Positions 26,647-29,729 of a stretch of 29,729 nt of DNA are shown piece after piece (position 1 is the stretch's first letter; the number at the start of each line of letters is the position of its first letter). The stretch is taken from positions 1 through 29,729 of the forward strand of contig JBBSVW010000028.1 in assembly GCA_038046605.1 (NCBI GenBank). The letters are read 5' to 3'. The position numbers were made by a program, and so were the translations under genes. The stretch comes from Candidatus Micrarchaeota archaeon (GTDB lineage Archaea > Micrarchaeota > Micrarchaeia > Norongarragalinales > SBBD01). The notes below the pieces were generated by a model. That model was not told where the DNA came from. It made no database searches and worked only from the letters and a program-made list of their open reading frames with translations.

Positions 26647-27543
26647 ATGGAGCTCTTTTTCCTTGGCAATGGCGGCGGGCGCATCGTGCTCGATAGGCAA
26701 ATGCTTCCAACCGGCGGCTTTAGGGTTAGCGCACCTGGAATTGCGATGCACACCGATCCGGGCCCCGGTGCGTTCCTAAAAAGCTTCGAGCACAAGCTAG
26801 ATCCTAGGGATTTGAATGCTATTTTCTGCTCACATGCGCATATCGACCACTGCCATGACGCAAACATCCTGATCGAGGCGATGAATTTTGGCAACTACAA
26901 TGGCAGGAAGGGGGTTTTGCTTGGCTCCAAAAGCGTCGTTTCCGGATACCAGGAATTCGAAAAGCAGATCGACGAGTATTTCAAGGGGATGCTATACGAA
27001 TGCAAGGCAATGAATCCGGGGGATGTGCATGAATTCAATTTGTTAGGCATGGCTGCCAAGGGCAAAGGCGCATTGAATTCCGGCCTCGCGCCAAAACCCC
27101 ATTTTTCCAATTTGGAGGGGGGGAAGGCAAGCAATTCCCCAGCATTAAGGGCGGTTAAAACCCTCCATGAGGATCCGACCGATATCGGATTTGTATTCGA
27201 AAGTGAAGGCGTATCCCTTGGCTATACCTCCGATACCGGCTATTTCGATGGCATCGCCGCGCAGTTCGAAGGCTGTGATTTCCTGATAATCAACTGCCTT
27301 CGCCCAAATGCCGACCTTTTGGAATTCCATATGACTTCAATGGAGGTGGTTAAGTTCGTAAATGAGATGGTAAAAAAGCCCCGGGCAATAATCCTGACCC
27401 ATTTAGGGATGAAATTCATCCAGGCAGGAGCCGAAGGGCAAAGGAAGTTGGTGGAGGAGAAATCCGGCGTCCAAGCCATTCTCGCAAAGGAGGGGCTAAG
27501 GCTGGATTTGAAAAAAATGAAAGAGCAACAAGTGCTGGTTTGA
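26647..27543 (+). CDS. MBL-fold metallo-hydrolase (RNase Z/PhnP-like)
   Basis: Motifs FLGNGGGR, DPGPG, SHAHIDHCHD, YTSDT and LTHLG. SD GGGGTGG precedes ATG 26647. Confidence 0.92.
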   Translation: MELFFLGNGGGRIVLDRQMLPTGGFRVSAPGIAMHTDPGPGAFLKSFEHKLDPRDLNAIFCSHAHIDHCHDANILIEAMNFGNYNGRKGVLLGSKSVVSGYQEFEKQIDEYFKGMLYECKAMNPGDVHEFNLLGMAAKGKGALNSGLAPKPHFSNLEGGKASNSPALRAVKTLHEDPTDIGFVFESEGVSLGYTSDTGYFDGIAAQFEGCDFLIINCLRPNADLLEFHMTSMEVVKFVNEMVKKPRAIILTHLGMKFIQAGAEGQRKLVEEKSGVQAILAKEGLRLDLKKMKEQQVLV

Positions 27544-27662
27544 TGCTTTCGTAACCCTCTTGTTAAAACAAATATGGTTAAAATTATTCGATTATTGGTT
27601 TGAATGAGCCGGAGCATCATTTAGGCAAAATGCAAATCCACTTCAATTGTTGCATCTGCCCC

Positions 27663-28523
27663 TCAAATTGCCAGAGTTGCGAATGCCAAAAGGCCAATCA
27701 GGAGGGCTAATAGGGATAGGTCCCTTGCCGCCTTGAAACTTTTTTCAGATGGCCTATCCATCAGCCGGTAAATGCAATATGCCAAAAGCAAATTGTTCAT
27801 GGCAATCAATGCCGCATAGGGGGAAAAATAATTCCCGTTGATTGGCAGCCAACTTAAAAGGATTGAGAGTCCAAAAAATGCGGATGATAGGATCAAAGTG
27901 GCTTTGCCCCCAATTATCATCGGAAGCGTCCTTGCGCCTATTTTCCTATCCCCCCTGACGTCCCGAAGGGTGATGATGAGCTCGCGGCCCATCCCTGCAA
28001 GGAAGGAGATTGCAACGAAGAGTGCAATTATCCCCTGCAATTCGCCGGAAACGGCAAAATTCCCGTAAATGAACGAGACCGCCATGCTGCCTGCAATGTA
28101 TGCGTTCCCAAGAAGCGGCTTTTTCTTGAGGTAATTGTCATATGTTGCGGAAAGGAAAGTGAAGAGCAATGCGATTGCGAAGCAGTAGATGTTGACAAAC
28201 AATGCAAGCAGCAGTCCCAGCGCAAACAGGAAAACCGACGCCCTTAGGGCATCGCCCCTCACTATTTTCTTCGCAACAATTGGCCTATCCAGCCTCCTGT
28301 TTGCAAGGTCCGTTTCATACCCGAAATAATCGTTAAGCATGAATGCAGCGGCGGTGATGAAAAAAGGCCCCAAGGCAGGAAATATGGCTGCCAACGAAAA
28401 CGGGTAGAAAAATATGCCCATATATTTAGCAGTCAGCGCTTCAGAAATAACTATTGCAATTGCTACCATGAACGCATGCTCGATCCTTGCGAGCCTTAGC
28501 CAATCCACTGCGCTACCCTTCAT
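27663..28523 (-). CDS. UbiA prenyltransferase, probable digeranylgeranylglyceryl phosphate synthase
   Basis: Motifs NDYFGYETDLANRRLDRPI and GRELIITLRDVRGD...GARTLP, with multiple TM helices. Confidence 0.88.
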   Translation of the reverse strand: MKGSAVDWLRLARIEHAFMVAIAIVISEALTAKYMGIFFYPFSLAAIFPALGPFFITAAAFMLNDYFGYETDLANRRLDRPIVAKKIVRGDALRASVFLFALGLLLALFVNIYCFAIALLFTFLSATYDNYLKKKPLLGNAYIAGSMAVSFIYGNFAVSGELQGIIALFVAISFLAGMGRELIITLRDVRGDRKIGARTLPMIIGGKATLILSSAFFGLSILLSWLPINGNYFSPYAALIAMNNLLLAYCIYRLMDRPSEKSFKAARDLSLLALLIGLLAFATLAI

Positions 28524-28568
28524 TTCAGATCGAAATTATTCTTGGCGTCTCTTACTTTATATATGCGG

Positions 28569-28721
28569 GGTTCAGTTTGGTTTAGTGTTGTCCCGTAATA
28601 AGTCCCTCTCGGTGGATAAGCTGGGCTTTATGAGCGAGCTAAATCTTCGAAAGGGGCAATGGATGATCCTGGAAATGCAGAGAGGAAGTTAATTCAGGAC
28701 AATACAAAAACCATCAGAATC
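28569..28721 (+). ncRNA. Candidate rod-like structured RNA (about 153 nt)
   Basis: Stacked stems GGTTC/GAATC, TGGTTT/AAACCA, GTGTTGTCC/GGACAATAC, CCTCTC/GAGAGG and GGAT/ATCC, with apical hairpins including CTTC-GAAA-GGGG. Confidence 0.5.
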
Positions 28722-28760
28722 GATAGTAATAAATATAACCTTAATATTCTAATTATAACT

Positions 28761-29450
28761 ATGAAACCAATATTTTCAGTACTGTTTTTGGCTTCGTTTA
28801 TTTTTCTCGCGGGCTGCACACAGCAAGCACCGCCCATAACCCAATATGTCTGCGCTGATGGCAGCGTCGTCAACGAAAAAGCGCTTTGCCCGACCGCACT
28901 GGCTCAGCCCTCTCCAGCCGTTTCCCTTACGCCAGAAATGGAATTGAAAGTATGCGCCGGCATGCCCGCGATTCAAAAGGGCTCTTACGAAGATTACTGC
29001 ATAATGGGCCTAGCGGGAAAACGCAAGGATACCTCCTTGTGCATCGAAGTCAGCCGGGACAACCGCCTCCAGTGCTACTTACTGGTAGCTGAAGTGAAAA
29101 ACGACCCGGATGTTTGCTTGAAGGCGGAGTTCGAGGCGGACCGATGTTACCAGTCATATGCGACCGATGTGAGGGACGGCTCCATCTGCGGGAAGATAAA
29201 GAGCGTCAGCGAAAGGGACAGCTGCTATCAGAACCTTGCAAGCCAGCTCGGCGACTCCGCCCTCTGCGACAAAATCACCTCGGCAGGGCAAAGGGACAGC
29301 TGTTATTCCAATATGGCCATGAACCTGCGGGATGTCTCATACTGCAACAAAATCACGAATTCGGACCAGAAACAGAACTGCTTGAGCAATCTCGGAGGCA
29401 AGCCCCAGCCCCCCAATCTCGAGTCCAGAGCCATCCCCTCCTACAAATGA
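28761..29450 (+). CDS. Lipoprotein with Cys-rich helical repeats
   Basis: Lipobox FLAGC and about 5.5 repeats of ~25 aa (RDxCYxxxAxxxxDxxxCxKI). ATG 28761 follows TATA-like AAATATAA. Confidence 0.88.
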   Translation: MKPIFSVLFLASFIFLAGCTQQAPPITQYVCADGSVVNEKALCPTALAQPSPAVSLTPEMELKVCAGMPAIQKGSYEDYCIMGLAGKRKDTSLCIEVSRDNRLQCYLLVAEVKNDPDVCLKAEFEADRCYQSYATDVRDGSICGKIKSVSERDSCYQNLASQLGDSALCDKITSAGQRDSCYSNMAMNLRDVSYCNKITNSDQKQNCLSNLGGKPQPPNLESRAIPSYK

Positions 29451-29612
29451 TCACTTTTTCTTTTCTCTCCCCTCCCAGCATCGCCGTTTCTCCCACGGCA
29501 AAGGCAAATCGCTGTCGGATCCCGATAAGCGTGCCCGGACCGCTGCCGTCTTTTACGTCTTTTCGGTTCAAAAGTCGCAAAACATTCAAGGGGCGCTATA
29601 AACCTATCAAAA

Positions 29613-29645
29613 TGGAGCATCAGCTATCTGGCATCAGATGCTCCA
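29613..29645. promoter_or_regulatory. Inverted repeat, possible operator or leader hairpin of the next gene
   Basis: TGGAGCATC-N15-GATGCTCCA just downstream of TATA-like TATAAA (29597-29602). SD-like GAGGGTGAT and a TTG occur at the window end. Confidence 0.4.
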
Positions 29646-29729
29646 AACGGGCAGGAGGCTGAAAGTTAATGCCTTCCTATTCTTTGAAAAACCCCGCCGC
29701 CCTACATTAATTCGAGGGTGATCGGTTGT

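Noticed and set aside
29114-29662. 182-aa alternative-frame ORF and 78-aa antisense ORF
   Set aside because: They overlap the lipoprotein gene, with no credible start signal or recognisable domain.
29708-29718. TTAATTCGAGG identical to 241-251
   Set aside because: Shared 11-mers are expected by chance in 30 kb, and the flanks do not extend the match.

Overview
Archaeal chromosomal window. Markers are aIF5A, a DGGGP-synthase-like UbiA enzyme, membrane LonB, archaeal SepF, an FtsZ2-type FtsZ, a class III signal peptide and GGTGA-type ribosome-binding sites. The gene style suggests a DPANN lineage such as Micrarchaeota, which is an inference. Housekeeping genes (folD, IMPase, sepF, nadA, nadB, ftsZ, pyrB/pyrI, rtcB, aIF5A, MBL and HAD hydrolases) are interleaved with orphans, two toxin-antitoxin pairs, a HEPN-motif protein and Cys-rich surface proteins, including a 1404-aa one. 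The top observation is that lonB stops half-way: the Lon N-half (Walker A plus two TM helices) is fused at HDPFQ to a 116-aa N-terminal intein fragment and then ends. This looks like a naturally split, trans-splicing Lon protease whose C-half is not in this window. Also notable are several 45-160 nt intergenic elements with long nested stems, an unannotated 53-aa zinc-finger gene, and a frameshifted methyltransferase. I recognised no rRNA, tRNA, CRISPR array or transposase.
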